Shown: positions 47,178 to 56,759 of the stretch, piece by piece | Layout: each line of letters opens with the position of its first letter | How positions within the stretch are numbered: position 1 is the first letter of the stretch | NCBI GenBank assembly: GCA_034437335.1 | Contig: DAOTUG010000002.1 | Span: 27,227 to 91,226 of the forward strand | Reading direction: 5' to 3' | Origin: Anaerolineaceae bacterium | Lineage (GTDB): Bacteria; Chloroflexota; Anaerolineae; Anaerolineales; Anaerolineaceae | Length of the DNA: 64,000 nucleotides | Position numbers and translations under genes: made by a program | The notes under the pieces: generated by a model | Databases searched by the model: none | Told to the model about the DNA's origin: nothing | What the model saw: only the letters and a program-made list of their open reading frames with translations

Positions 47178-48524
47178 TCATGCTGGCGGTTGGGAATCTT
47201 CATCCCCTTTCCCGATTCCCAGGGGTTTCCATTTCTCTGAATTCTCCCGCAGCCGGTGACGATCGCCCCCGCGATGATGGAGCTGGTCAAAACCCTCGGG
47301 TTTGATGGACATGTCTTCACTTTCCAGCAGGCCAAAGACTCCGCTCTGGCCGGGTTCCAGGTTTTTATCCTTGAAGGGTAGGACCAGGGCCGGGTCAATG
47401 GGGTCGTATTCGGTGGGTTCTTCATAGGTGGTGATAAAGCCTTCATAGTTGCGCAGGACCACCTTGTGGTCGGAATAGCTGACCAGATAATGCGGATTCA
47501 GGGGGATCTTTCCCCCGCCGCCGGGTGCATCCACAACATATGTGGGGACGGCGAACCCGGAGGTGTGCCCGCGAAGTCCTTCGATGATTTCAATCCCTTT
47601 GCCCACCGGCGTCCGGAAATGACCTGCGCCGTGCACCAGGTCACATTGGTAGAGATAATAGGGGCGCACCCGCAGACGCACCAGATCGTGAACCAGGCGC
47701 CGCTGGATGTAGGGATCATCATTGACCCCAGCCAACAGCACCGATTGATTCCCCAAGGGGATTCCGGCCCGGGACATGCGGTCGCAGGCTTCAGCCAGTT
47801 CTGCGGTGATCTCGTTGGGATGATTGACATGGATATTGATCCACATGGGGTGGAACTGGGCCAGGATTTCGCAAAGATCCTCTGTGATCCGTTGCGGCAA
47901 GAACACCGGCACCCGGGAGCCTATCCGCACAACTTCAATGTGGGGGATTTCCCGCAGCGCCTTCAGGAGCCTTTCCAGGACCCTGGGCGCAAGGGTCAGG
48001 GGATCTCCACCGGAGAGGAGCACATCCCGCACCTGGGGTGTCCGGCGGAGGTAGTCAAGCTGGGCTTCAAAGTCCCTGGAGGAGAAGGTTTGGGATGGGT
48101 CGCCCACGATGCGGGACCGGGTGCAATAGCGGCAGTAGCTGGCACATTGAGTGGTTACCAACATGAGGACCCGATCAGGATAGCGATGCACCAATCCGGG
48201 AACGGGGGAATGGGCGTCTTCGGCCAGGGAATCTTCCATCTCACCGGTAAAGGGCACAATCTCGCCGGCCATGGGAATGATTTGCTTGCGGATGGGATCC
48301 TTGGGGTTGGCCGGATCAATCAGGGACACGAAATAGGGGGTGATATCCACGCGGAAGAGATCGCCGCGGCTGAGCGCAGTGCGCTCGCTGTCGGTCAGGG
48401 GGAAAATGGCTTCAAAATCTTCGGCGGAATTCAAGCGATGGCTGAGCTGCCAGCGCCAATCCGCCCACTTTTCATCTGGGACATCTGCAAAGGCAGGAGC
48501 CCGTTTGGATGGAAAGGGTCGCAT
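47178..48524 (-). CDS. kamA: lysine 2,3-aminomutase family radical SAM protein
   Basis: 448 aa with the CASYCRYCTRS cluster motif and a KamA-like N-terminus (WRWQLSHRLNS). Confidence 0.8.
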   Translation of the reverse strand: MRPFPSKRAPAFADVPDEKWADWRWQLSHRLNSAEDFEAIFPLTDSERTALSRGDLFRVDITPYFVSLIDPANPKDPIRKQIIPMAGEIVPFTGEMEDSLAEDAHSPVPGLVHRYPDRVLMLVTTQCASYCRYCTRSRIVGDPSQTFSSRDFEAQLDYLRRTPQVRDVLLSGGDPLTLAPRVLERLLKALREIPHIEVVRIGSRVPVFLPQRITEDLCEILAQFHPMWINIHVNHPNEITAELAEACDRMSRAGIPLGNQSVLLAGVNDDPYIQRRLVHDLVRLRVRPYYLYQCDLVHGAGHFRTPVGKGIEIIEGLRGHTSGFAVPTYVVDAPGGGGKIPLNPHYLVSYSDHKVVLRNYEGFITTYEEPTEYDPIDPALVLPFKDKNLEPGQSGVFGLLESEDMSIKPEGFDQLHHRGGDRHRLRENSEKWKPLGIGKGDEDSQPPA

Positions 48525-48612
48525 GGTGTTGTTCTCCTTTTTTCTAATTGCGTCGTTCCCCCATTTTAATCGGTGGATTTACTGCAGGTCAATACAACCA
48601 TATCGTGGGCCC

Positions 48613-49080
48613 CTATTCTTGAAGGCCAGGTTCAATAGTCTGCAGTTCGCTGAAGAAATAGTTCCTGTCACCCTCTTTTTCGATTTTTGCGCCGGCTTCC
48701 TTGGCCAGCGTTATATACTTAGCGCGTTCAACGGCATCGCCGGCCAGGTCGCAAGCCCTTGCCATGGCCTCATATGCGAAGGCCAGGTCAAAATCCTGCA
48801 GATCATTTTTCAAGGTGATCTCCAGGCAGCGACCGGCGTGATACAGGCAGGGTTCCGCCCGGTTCAGCACGGCGTACACCCGGGAAATGAGCCACTCCCC
48901 CCGGGCGATATGTACGGCTTTCCCGGCCACCGACCAGTGGTAGCGCGACGCGTGGCAGGCGTTTATCATCCGGTCTGTGTCTTCCTGGGAGCGGTCAGCT
49001 TTTTCCAGCAGATCCCAGGTCTGGTTAAAGAGTTCAATGGCAAATTTCTTATGGGTTTCCTGGTTGGTTTTTTCTGTCAT
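48613..49080 (-). CDS. hypothetical protein (all-helical)
   Basis: 155-aa ORF with protein-like composition. No family recognised. Confidence 0.45.
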   Translation of the reverse strand: MTEKTNQETHKKFAIELFNQTWDLLEKADRSQEDTDRMINACHASRYHWSVAGKAVHIARGEWLISRVYAVLNRAEPCLYHAGRCLEITLKNDLQDFDLAFAYEAMARACDLAGDAVERAKYITLAKEAGAKIEKEGDRNYFFSELQTIEPGLQE

Positions 49081-49114
49081 GGTGTCTCCTTTTAACTAAC
49101 TGCTGCGGTTGGGG

Positions 49115-50104
49115 TTATTCATTGAACATGGCTCCCACGCTGCGGCCTTGATTGGCCCGTCGGATTACCTCTCCCAGCATGGGACCGATGGAGAGGATTT
49201 TCAAACGATCCCCAAAAGGGGCCTGCTTTTCCCTGGGAATGGGGATGGTATTGGTGGTCACAAACCGTTTGACAGGCAGTTGCGCCAACCGTTCCGCTCC
49301 ATTCCCTGAAAGAACCGGATGCACAAAGACCATATAGATATTCCGTGCGCCGTGCTCTTTGCAGATTTCCACCGCGTGGACCATGGATCCGCCGGAATTG
49401 ACTTCATCATCCACCAGAATCACGTCACGATCCTGCACATCCCCGATGATGGTCAGGGATTGGGGATTCTTGATATCCAGTGTGCGTTTTTTTTCAATGA
49501 AGGCCAGGGGCGTTTGCAGCAAGTCGGCGTACACCCGACCTTTCTTGGCAAATCCGAGATCTGCCGTCACGATGACAGGCCTGTGCAAGCAGGGGGCGAT
49601 GTCCACCAGATAGTCCTTCAGCACATGAAAGCCGCGCAAAACATCGCCGGGAATGGAGAAAAAACCCTGGATTTGTCCAGCATGGAAATCAATCGAGATG
49701 TACCGGTCTGCTCCGGCCACCTGAATCATGTCGGCTACCAAACGGGCTGTGATGGGGACGCGGGGTTTGTCCTTTTTGTCGGACCGACCGTAACACATAT
49801 AGGGCACCACGGCTGTGATGCGCCCGGCGGAATCGAGCCGCAGGGTTTGCACGAGGATCAGCAGTTCCATCAGATTTCGGTGAACGGGGGACGACGTGGA
49901 TTGGATGACATAGCAATCCTGACCGCGGACGCTGTTATGCAGCCTGACGAAAAGATTTTCATTGGGAAATTCGATGATATCCCGCCCGCAGAGTGGAATC
50001 CCCAGGTAGTCTGCAATTTCCTGAGACAGCTCCGGGGAGGCCGTCCCTGCGAAGAGTTTGATATTCCCATAGAGTAATTCATGCCGCATATGGGGGGAAG
50101 CCAT
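49115..50104 (-). CDS. prs: ribose-phosphate pyrophosphokinase
   Basis: 329 aa with DFHAGQIQGFF and the PRPP loop VILVDDEVNSGGS. Confidence 0.9.
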   Translation of the reverse strand: MASPHMRHELLYGNIKLFAGTASPELSQEIADYLGIPLCGRDIIEFPNENLFVRLHNSVRGQDCYVIQSTSSPVHRNLMELLILVQTLRLDSAGRITAVVPYMCYGRSDKKDKPRVPITARLVADMIQVAGADRYISIDFHAGQIQGFFSIPGDVLRGFHVLKDYLVDIAPCLHRPVIVTADLGFAKKGRVYADLLQTPLAFIEKKRTLDIKNPQSLTIIGDVQDRDVILVDDEVNSGGSMVHAVEICKEHGARNIYMVFVHPVLSGNGAERLAQLPVKRFVTTNTIPIPREKQAPFGDRLKILSIGPMLGEVIRRANQGRSVGAMFNE

Positions 50105-50122
50105 ATTCTGCGTTCCTTCCTG

Positions 50123-50698
50123 TTATTCTTTCTCAGACTTTTCGTTCCTGTCGGGGTGCCACTCCGAGCGAAGAATGCTCATTAGGTTGATATCGAAATA
50201 GCGTCCGTGCTGATAGTGGCCATCCCGGAAGCGGCCTTCGAATTGAAACCCAGCCTTTTCATAAGCGCGGATGCCGCCCAGGTTCTTATCGTAGACTTTG
50301 AGCCAGATGCGATGCAGGTTCAGGGTTGCAAAACCGTGCTGTAATAACAATTTGACAGTTTCTGTGCCGTAGCCCTGATTCCAAAAGCGCTTTTCTCCGA
50401 TCATGATGCCAATTTCAGCGGAGCGACAGCGCCAGTCCAGATTGTGAAACTGGCAGGTGCCGATGGCCTTCCAGGGGTAGGCCTGGCCCTTGTCCTCGAT
50501 TTCAATTACCAGAACATGCTGTTCTTTGGGACGCTGGATCATGGAATCGTACCAGTTTTCCTCTTCCACTTCGGACATGGGATAGACCAGCATCAGATTT
50601 TCTGTCACATCGGGGTCATTGACCCAGCGCAGGAAATCCGGCAGATCAGATTTTTCGGCCGCCCGGAGGCGGATGCGTTTTCCGTAGATGTGTGCCAT
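50123..50698 (-). CDS. GNAT family N-acetyltransferase (RimJ/RimL-like)
   Basis: 191 aa with the GNAT core WNQGYGTETVKLLLQHGF. Confidence 0.75.
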   Translation of the reverse strand: MAHIYGKRIRLRAAEKSDLPDFLRWVNDPDVTENLMLVYPMSEVEEENWYDSMIQRPKEQHVLVIEIEDKGQAYPWKAIGTCQFHNLDWRCRSAEIGIMIGEKRFWNQGYGTETVKLLLQHGFATLNLHRIWLKVYDKNLGGIRAYEKAGFQFEGRFRDGHYQHGRYFDINLMSILRSEWHPDRNEKSEKE

Positions 50699-50728
50699 TT
50701 CTCAATACCTTTCCTGACGCCTCAGGGA

Positions 50729-52048
50729 TTAGGGCGTCAACCGGGTGGGGCCGCGGAACAGAAAAACCGCCTCGCGGATATTGGCCAGATCCAGCAAAAT
50801 CATCAGAAAACGGTTGAGGCCAAATCCGAATCCGCCATGGGGCGGTGTTCCAAAGCGGAAAAAGTTCAGATACTCTTCGATTGGTTCAACATTCAGGCCC
50901 TTGGCGGCAGCCTGGGTTTTGAGGATGTCATAACGGTGCTCCCGCTGGGCCCCGGTTGCCACCTCCAGCCCTTTTCCCAGCAGGTCAAAGCTGCGGGTCA
51001 GGTCGGGGTTGTCCGGATGCAGCATGTGATAAAACGGCCTGACGGCGAAGGGCCAATCGGTGATGAAAACAAAATCATGCCCTTGGGTTTCCTTGAAATG
51101 AGCGCCCAGGGCACGCTCTGCACCGGGATCCAAGTCATGTTTCTTCTCGGGGGGAAGCGCATACCCGATGTCATCCAGAAGCTCATGGGCCTCAGCCATG
51201 GAGATGCGCGGGAAGGGGAGGCTGGGCACTATGGGACGGGCGCCAAAGGCTGCTTCGATGGCGGGGCCGTGATTTTCAACCACCCGCTCATAGACATGGG
51301 CCAACCAGCCTTCCATGAAGGTCATCACGTCTTCATGGGAAGTGATCCATGACATTTCCATATCCACCCCCGTGAATTCCGTCATGTGTCGGGAGGTGAA
51401 GGAAGGATCCGCCCGAAAGATGGGGCCGATCTCGAACACCCGTTCATAACCGGCCGCCATGGCCATCTGCTTGTAGAACTGGGGAGATTGGGCCAGATAG
51501 GCGGTCGTTTCAAAGTAGGGCAAGCTGAAAAGCTCTGCACCGCTTTCACTGGGCGCGCCCATGATCTTCGGAGAGTGCATTTCGAGGAAATCATGGTCCA
51601 GCCAATATTCCCGCATGGCCTGTTCGGCTGTGGTTTGCACCGTGAAGATCAACCGGTTGACATCCCGGCGCAAATCCAGATAACGCCAGTCCAGGCGAAA
51701 ATCCTGTTCCGGAAGGTATTCCCCGAAGGGTTCAAAGGGCAGAGGGATGTCGGCGGCGCCTTCGATTGTCAATGCTTCCAGTTGCATTTCAAGGCCGCCC
51801 AACTTGACGATGTCATTCTCAACCACTTTGCCGCGGATGGTCAGAGCCGATTCCGTGCCGAGGGCGGAGATCTGTTCCGCTACATCTGGATTGCCTTTTT
51901 TCCAATGGGCAACCTGAACGAGCCCTGTTCGGTCCCGGATGATGAGAAACTGCATGTTTTTCTGATCCCGGAGGGTGTGCAGCCAGCCCTGGATTTGGAC
52001 GGTTTCTTCAATGTGATCTTTAAGGTCTTTAATCAGCGTTCTTTCCAT
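50729..52048 (-). CDS. aspS: aspartate--tRNA ligase, archaeal/non-discriminating type
   Basis: 439 aa, class II motifs FRADPSFTSRHMTEFTGVDMEMS and GGFGFGLNRF. AsnRS is not fully excluded. Confidence 0.7.
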   Translation of the reverse strand: MERTLIKDLKDHIEETVQIQGWLHTLRDQKNMQFLIIRDRTGLVQVAHWKKGNPDVAEQISALGTESALTIRGKVVENDIVKLGGLEMQLEALTIEGAADIPLPFEPFGEYLPEQDFRLDWRYLDLRRDVNRLIFTVQTTAEQAMREYWLDHDFLEMHSPKIMGAPSESGAELFSLPYFETTAYLAQSPQFYKQMAMAAGYERVFEIGPIFRADPSFTSRHMTEFTGVDMEMSWITSHEDVMTFMEGWLAHVYERVVENHGPAIEAAFGARPIVPSLPFPRISMAEAHELLDDIGYALPPEKKHDLDPGAERALGAHFKETQGHDFVFITDWPFAVRPFYHMLHPDNPDLTRSFDLLGKGLEVATGAQREHRYDILKTQAAAKGLNVEPIEEYLNFFRFGTPPHGGFGFGLNRFLMILLDLANIREAVFLFRGPTRLTP

Positions 52049-52090
52049 GTTTCTTCTCCTGATGATGTGATGATTGCGGCTCCAATGCCG

Positions 52091-53137
52091 CTAAACAGAA
52101 TCGGATGAACCTTTTGAGGAAGCTTTCAGCAAGGTTTCCACCACGTTGTGGGGGGAACGAGATCGTTCCACAAGGGATTCCAGTGCGGATTCAAATTGTC
52201 CCGGCGCAAGGCTCGCCTGCCAGTCTTCCACCAGCCTGTCCTGAATCAGCGCTTCCAGATCTTTTTGCAGACGGTAGCGTTCTTTCGTCTCCCAGAACCC
52301 GGACCCGAGGAGATAGTTTCTGTGGGCCTGGATATCCGAGATTAAGGATGCAATGCCCTCACCCACGGTGGCGGTCACCAAACGGACGGGGGTCTGCCAT
52401 TGCGCCGGTTGTTCCTGGTGCTTGACCGGTTTCTCTGCGGGGGCGGACTGGCGCAGGTGTTTTCCGGCTGTGGGCAAGCTGCCGGATCCCTTCGTCATGG
52501 CCAGCATGCCTTTGAGCGCCCTGGCTGTGTTTTCAGCACCGGGCCGGTCGGCTTTGTTGACCACCAGGATGTCGGCAATCTCAAGGATTCCGGCTTTGAT
52601 CGCCTGGATTTCATCTCCCAATCCTGGCGCTTCCAGGACAAGGACGGTGTGGGCCAATCTGGCGATATCCACTTCCGCCTGACCTGCGCCGACCGTTTCG
52701 ATCAGGATGATCTGGTAGCCGGCCGCATCCAGGATGGTCGAAAAGGCGGCGGTCGCATGGGCAAGGCCGCCCAGGGCGCCCCGGGAGGCCATTGAGCGGA
52801 TAAAAATCCCCGCATCTCCTGCAAGGTCCCGCATCCGGATGCGATCTCCCAGCAGAGCCCCGCCAGAAAAAGGGCTGGTTGGATCAACGGCGATAATTGC
52901 GACCCGGGGGGGCTGCTCGCCTTGCCGGCGGATGGCTTTGGCGAGTTGGTTGACGAGGGTGCTCTTTCCCGTGCCGGGGGCGCCGGTTACACCGATCAGA
53001 TGCGCCTTGCCTGTGTGAGGAAAAAGCGCACTCAGGATTTTTTGCCCTTCCGGCTGGTTATTTTCAACAGCGGTCAATGCCCGGGAAAGGGCGCGGCGAT
53101 TCCCATTTCGAATCGCCTCAGGGTCACTCCGGGGCAT
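52091..53137 (-). CDS. meaB: methylmalonyl-CoA mutase-associated GTPase
   Basis: 348 aa with the P-loop GVTGAPGTGKSTL and the NKxD motif VNKADR. Confidence 0.85.
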   Translation of the reverse strand: MPRSDPEAIRNGNRRALSRALTAVENNQPEGQKILSALFPHTGKAHLIGVTGAPGTGKSTLVNQLAKAIRRQGEQPPRVAIIAVDPTSPFSGGALLGDRIRMRDLAGDAGIFIRSMASRGALGGLAHATAAFSTILDAAGYQIILIETVGAGQAEVDIARLAHTVLVLEAPGLGDEIQAIKAGILEIADILVVNKADRPGAENTARALKGMLAMTKGSGSLPTAGKHLRQSAPAEKPVKHQEQPAQWQTPVRLVTATVGEGIASLISDIQAHRNYLLGSGFWETKERYRLQKDLEALIQDRLVEDWQASLAPGQFESALESLVERSRSPHNVVETLLKASSKGSSDSV

Positions 53138-53140
53138 GGT

Positions 53141-53548
53141 TCAAGCCTGTTGTCTGTTGAGAGCCTGATGGATATCCTGAACAACCTGTTGGGTTCCGGT
53201 CCCCGGCCCATAGACCGCATGCACGCCTTTTTCAAGCAAGCCGGGGATGTCATCTTCAGGGATGATCCCCCCGACGAAAACGAGGACATCGCCCAGGTCA
53301 TTGTCCTGCAGTTTCTCCAGGACTGCAGGGACGAGGGCTTTGTGTGCCCCGGAAAGGATGGAAAGCCCCACGACATCCACATCCTCCTGCAAAGCGGCCT
53401 CGGCGACCATTTCGGGTGTTTGTCGCAGGCCGGTATAGATGACCTCCATCCCTGCATCCCGCAGAGCCCGGGCGATGACCTTTGCCCCCCGGTCATGGCC
53501 GTCCAGACCCGGTTTGGCAATCAATACTCTGATTTTCCTTTCGCTCAT
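53141..53548 (-). CDS. cobalamin-binding domain protein (methylmalonyl-CoA mutase small/C-terminal subunit)
   Basis: 135 aa, [36 protein letters not shown], with the DxHxxG B12-binding motif. Confidence 0.85.
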   Translation of the reverse strand: MSERKIRVLIAKPGLDGHDRGAKVIARALRDAGMEVIYTGLRQTPEMVAEAALQEDVDVVGLSILSGAHKALVPAVLEKLQDNDLGDVLVFVGGIIPEDDIPGLLEKGVHAVYGPGTGTQQVVQDIHQALNRQQA

Positions 53549-53680
53549 TCCTGTCTCCCAAATAGTAGTTTGCTGTGTTGATTATACCGCGTCCCCTTTG
53601 GCCTGCGGATCCTTTTTCTGTCCCGGTTTGGCCTGAGAGCGGCTTGCCTTAAAGGCGCTTAACATCTACAATCAAATGAG

Positions 53681-54205
53681 ATGGCCGGGAAGGCGCGGAG
53701 GATGACTGAATTAGAAATACGGCAAAAAAAACCCCGTCTTGTCCCTTTATTGGGAATCTTCCTGCTGTTGGAGGCGGTTGTGTTGCTGATCATCGGATTA
53801 AATCTCTTTACCGATGACTTTGCTTTTCTTGGCTCATGGAACACTTTCACCGCAGCCCTTCGGGAGGCGTTCCAGTTGGTGACGGGTACTCCGGGGGACA
53901 TTGAAAGCAGCGAAACCCTTTTGTATGATGTCATTGCTGCGGTGATCCTGGTGATCACTGCTGGAGCCTCTTTGATCGCGGGGGGGTTGTTTTTCAGAGC
54001 AAGCGCTTTTGCCTGGATCCTCAGCTTGTTGGTGCAGATCTCAACCCTGATTCTGGGGATTGCCTTGTACTGGATTTATAAACCGAATCAGGTGTATGCG
54101 CTCCTGGTAGTGGGCGCCCTGATGGTGTTCTATCTGAACAATACAGACGTTCGGGAGTGGTTCCTGTACCCGGAAAGCCCTGCGGAAGGGGGGCGGAATG
54201 GCTGA
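53681..54205 (+). CDS. hypothetical membrane protein (about 4 TM)
   Basis: 174 aa (alternative ATG at 53702). Its end overlaps the next gene's start by 8 nt. Confidence 0.5.
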   Translation: MAGKARRMTELEIRQKKPRLVPLLGIFLLLEAVVLLIIGLNLFTDDFAFLGSWNTFTAALREAFQLVTGTPGDIESSETLLYDVIAAVILVITAGASLIAGGLFFRASAFAWILSLLVQISTLILGIALYWIYKPNQVYALLVVGALMVFYLNNTDVREWFLYPESPAEGGRNG

Positions 54206-56042
54206 AAATTCTGCGGACCGTGCGCTGCTCAGACGGTTTGAACCTGTGCTGAAGTTTACCGAGGGGGAGGCGTTTTTCCCTTATGATGTTGCAGAATATG
54301 TCGCCGAGTCCAGTCTGTGGGTCAAAGAACCGGATGCGCCCCCGCGAGAATTGATTGCTGAGCGTGCCCTTGATCTGCACCGCCTGGGAACGGTTGGGCA
54401 GGCGCCTCCCGGCGGCATCCATTTTCTCCAGTTTATCTCGCCCATGAATGTCCGTGAGCTGGCGGAATTCCAGCTTCAGAAATTGCGGGCTGCACGCAAG
54501 TCTCGCTCCTTTAAGGCCGCCCGCAGCCGTTTGACGCGGGTGGGGTATATGGCTCGGTTTGTGGATGCCTTGTTTTCGATCTCTCTTTTGTTGCGCGGGC
54601 GGGTGCCAGGCGATTCCATGGCTGCCGCCATGGTGACATTCAACGACATGCTGCGGGAAAAGCGCGCCTTTCAATATTACGGCCGGGTCCTTCGTGAGAA
54701 TGGCTGGACCATCCTGCAATACTGGTTTTTCTATCCGTTTAATAACTGGCGATCGGGTTTCAACGGCGGCAATGATCATGAAGCCGATTGGGAGATGATC
54801 ACATTGTATCTTTCTGAGGATAGTGAGGGGGCCCTGGCCCCGTATTGGGTGGCCTATGCGTGTCATGATTTTTCCGGGGCTGATCTCAGGCGTCACTGGC
54901 AGGATCCGGAAGTGGAAAAACAGGGGGAGCACCCCGTCGTGTATGTTGGGGGCGGGTCCCATGCCAGCTACTTTCAACCCGGCGAATATCTCACCCAGAT
55001 CAGTATTCCGTTTTTAACCCCTCTAAAATCCTTTGTGAATCGTGTAGAGAAGGTTTTTGCGCAGGTCTTCAATGAAAAACAAGCTCGCGAAGACAAGACA
55101 AGTGATCGCATCAATGTCTTTCGAGTACCTTTTGTGGATTTTGCCCGGGGGGATGGACTGTGCATTGGTCCGGGATGTCCTGAAGTCTGGTTGGAGCCGA
55201 CAGTGATTTCACCGCCGCCCCCCTGGGTGGCAAATTATCGCGGTTTGTGGGGGTATTATGCTCAGGATCCCTTTTCCGGAGAAGATGCGCCCGCAGGACC
55301 CATGGTTCAACGAGACGGCTCCGTGCGCCAAGCCTGGTATGATCCGCTGAGTTGGGCCGGCATGGATTCCGTCGTGCCCCCAGCAGAATGGGAGGGCTTG
55401 CTAAGGACGCGCCAGGAAGAGACCCGGGATGCGATTCGTCTGCTTCATCGGGAGATTAACCGTCTGCAGGGGGAGGTTTTTGAAACAAGCCTGGATATCC
55501 AGGCCATGCGGGGAATCTCACATCTGCGCCAGGCCATGCAGGCAGCTCAGGAAGCCCTGGATGACAAGCGGGACATTCTCTCTCAGAAGCGGCATGCCAT
55601 CACGGTGAAACAGGCCCTATTGACGGCTTTGATCCAGCAGCAAGAATCCTTGCAGCAGGCTGATGCGCGATCCCGGAGGCAACATCTCTCTCATCCTCAC
55701 CGGCCCCATGTCAAACAATCCTTACGCTTTGGGCGTTTCGCTGAATTTTGGGCCGCGATCAGCATTGGGTTGATGATGATCGCAGTGGTCCTGCTTTTCC
55801 TCTTTGCCAGGCGGTATCTCTTCCTTGGAATAAGCAGTCTTTTTCTCCTGCTCCTGATTATTGAGGCAGCCTTCCGGCGCAGGGTCTGGGCGTTGACTCG
55901 CCATATTGCCATTTTCCTGGCGGTGGCGGCCCTTCTGATCTTGCTGTATGAGTTTTTCCTGATGGCTGCGGCTATCCTGATCATGCTGGCCGGATTGTAC
56001 ATGATCATCGAGAATCTGCGGGAGTTGTTTGAGCGGGCATAG
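54198..56042 (+). CDS. hypothetical protein: N-terminal globular domain (Vps62/DUF946-like?), coiled coil, C-terminal TM helices
   Basis: 614 aa with a GGAAGGGGGG Shine-Dalgarno. Contains WFFYPFNNWRSGFNGGNDHEADWEMITLYL, a heptad-rich segment at about aa 400-480, and 3-4 TM helices at the C-terminus. Confidence 0.6.
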   Translation: MAENSADRALLRRFEPVLKFTEGEAFFPYDVAEYVAESSLWVKEPDAPPRELIAERALDLHRLGTVGQAPPGGIHFLQFISPMNVRELAEFQLQKLRAARKSRSFKAARSRLTRVGYMARFVDALFSISLLLRGRVPGDSMAAAMVTFNDMLREKRAFQYYGRVLRENGWTILQYWFFYPFNNWRSGFNGGNDHEADWEMITLYLSEDSEGALAPYWVAYACHDFSGADLRRHWQDPEVEKQGEHPVVYVGGGSHASYFQPGEYLTQISIPFLTPLKSFVNRVEKVFAQVFNEKQAREDKTSDRINVFRVPFVDFARGDGLCIGPGCPEVWLEPTVISPPPPWVANYRGLWGYYAQDPFSGEDAPAGPMVQRDGSVRQAWYDPLSWAGMDSVVPPAEWEGLLRTRQEETRDAIRLLHREINRLQGEVFETSLDIQAMRGISHLRQAMQAAQEALDDKRDILSQKRHAITVKQALLTALIQQQESLQQADARSRRQHLSHPHRPHVKQSLRFGRFAEFWAAISIGLMMIAVVLLFLFARRYLFLGISSLFLLLLIIEAAFRRRVWALTRHIAIFLAVAALLILLYEFFLMAAAILIMLAGLYMIIENLRELFERA

Positions 56043-56059
56043 TTCCTGGTTGGTCCAGC

Positions 56060-56587
56060 TCAGGCGGTGTACTCCTCTGAGGCGAAGGTTTTGCGGATTT
56101 CTCCATAATACATCCGGTGATAGTCCTTGCGGGGATAATGGGTTGTGATGTCAGGGTCCAGGAAGTGTTCCGGGTTGAGGTCGTTGGCGTAGATCTTCTG
56201 ACATTCCAGGACGATGACCGCTTCTTTAAATGTGGGCGATGGGATGCTGCTGGCGGCCTCCGGCGTCAGCCCCGAATCGGTGATTTTGTCGCCATCCCGG
56301 CCGGACCGGCTGCCGAGAAGAGTCAACGCATCCTGAAATTTCATGGGAAACGCGCTCAGGGTGAAGCTGTTGTATTCTTCCATGAATTCAAAGGTGAACC
56401 GTGAATGCCGCACGGCGACCAGAGCAAAGGGTTTGCTCCACATGGTGCCCAATGCCCCCCAGGCGATGGTCATGGTGTTGTAATGCCCCTTTTGGAAATC
56501 TCCGGCAGTCAATAAGAGCCACTGAGAATTGAACAGGTGGTGGGGCTGGACTTGTAACTGGGAAATGTTGATGGGATTGCGCTGCAT
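56060..56587 (-). CDS. flavin reductase-like (FMN-binding split barrel) protein
   Basis: 175 aa. NTMTIAWGALGTMWSKPFALVAVRHSRFT resembles the flavin reductase domain family. Confidence 0.6.
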   Translation of the reverse strand: MQRNPINISQLQVQPHHLFNSQWLLLTAGDFQKGHYNTMTIAWGALGTMWSKPFALVAVRHSRFTFEFMEEYNSFTLSAFPMKFQDALTLLGSRSGRDGDKITDSGLTPEAASSIPSPTFKEAVIVLECQKIYANDLNPEHFLDPDITTHYPRKDYHRMYYGEIRKTFASEEYTA

Positions 56588-56759
56588 GCGTATTGCTCCT
56601 TTCGATTCGGTTCGGGATAAGCGGGTTCCTATATCTTATTTTAAACCATAATACGGCGTTGTTATGCTGGTTTCGCGTACACTGAGTCGGATTATGAGTA
56701 TAATTGACCAAGAAAGGTGGATGGGAAAGTTCAGGTATTTTGTTTTTTGAGGGAGAACC

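Noticed and set aside
47466-48569. 367-aa plus-strand ORF antisense to kamA
   Set aside because: Antisense artefact; the minus frame carries the CxxxCxxC radical SAM motif and KamA-like regions.
54021-54977. 318-aa minus-strand ORF
   Set aside because: It overlaps two plus-strand genes. Its composition is Pro/Gly/Arg-rich and it lacks a ribosome-binding site.
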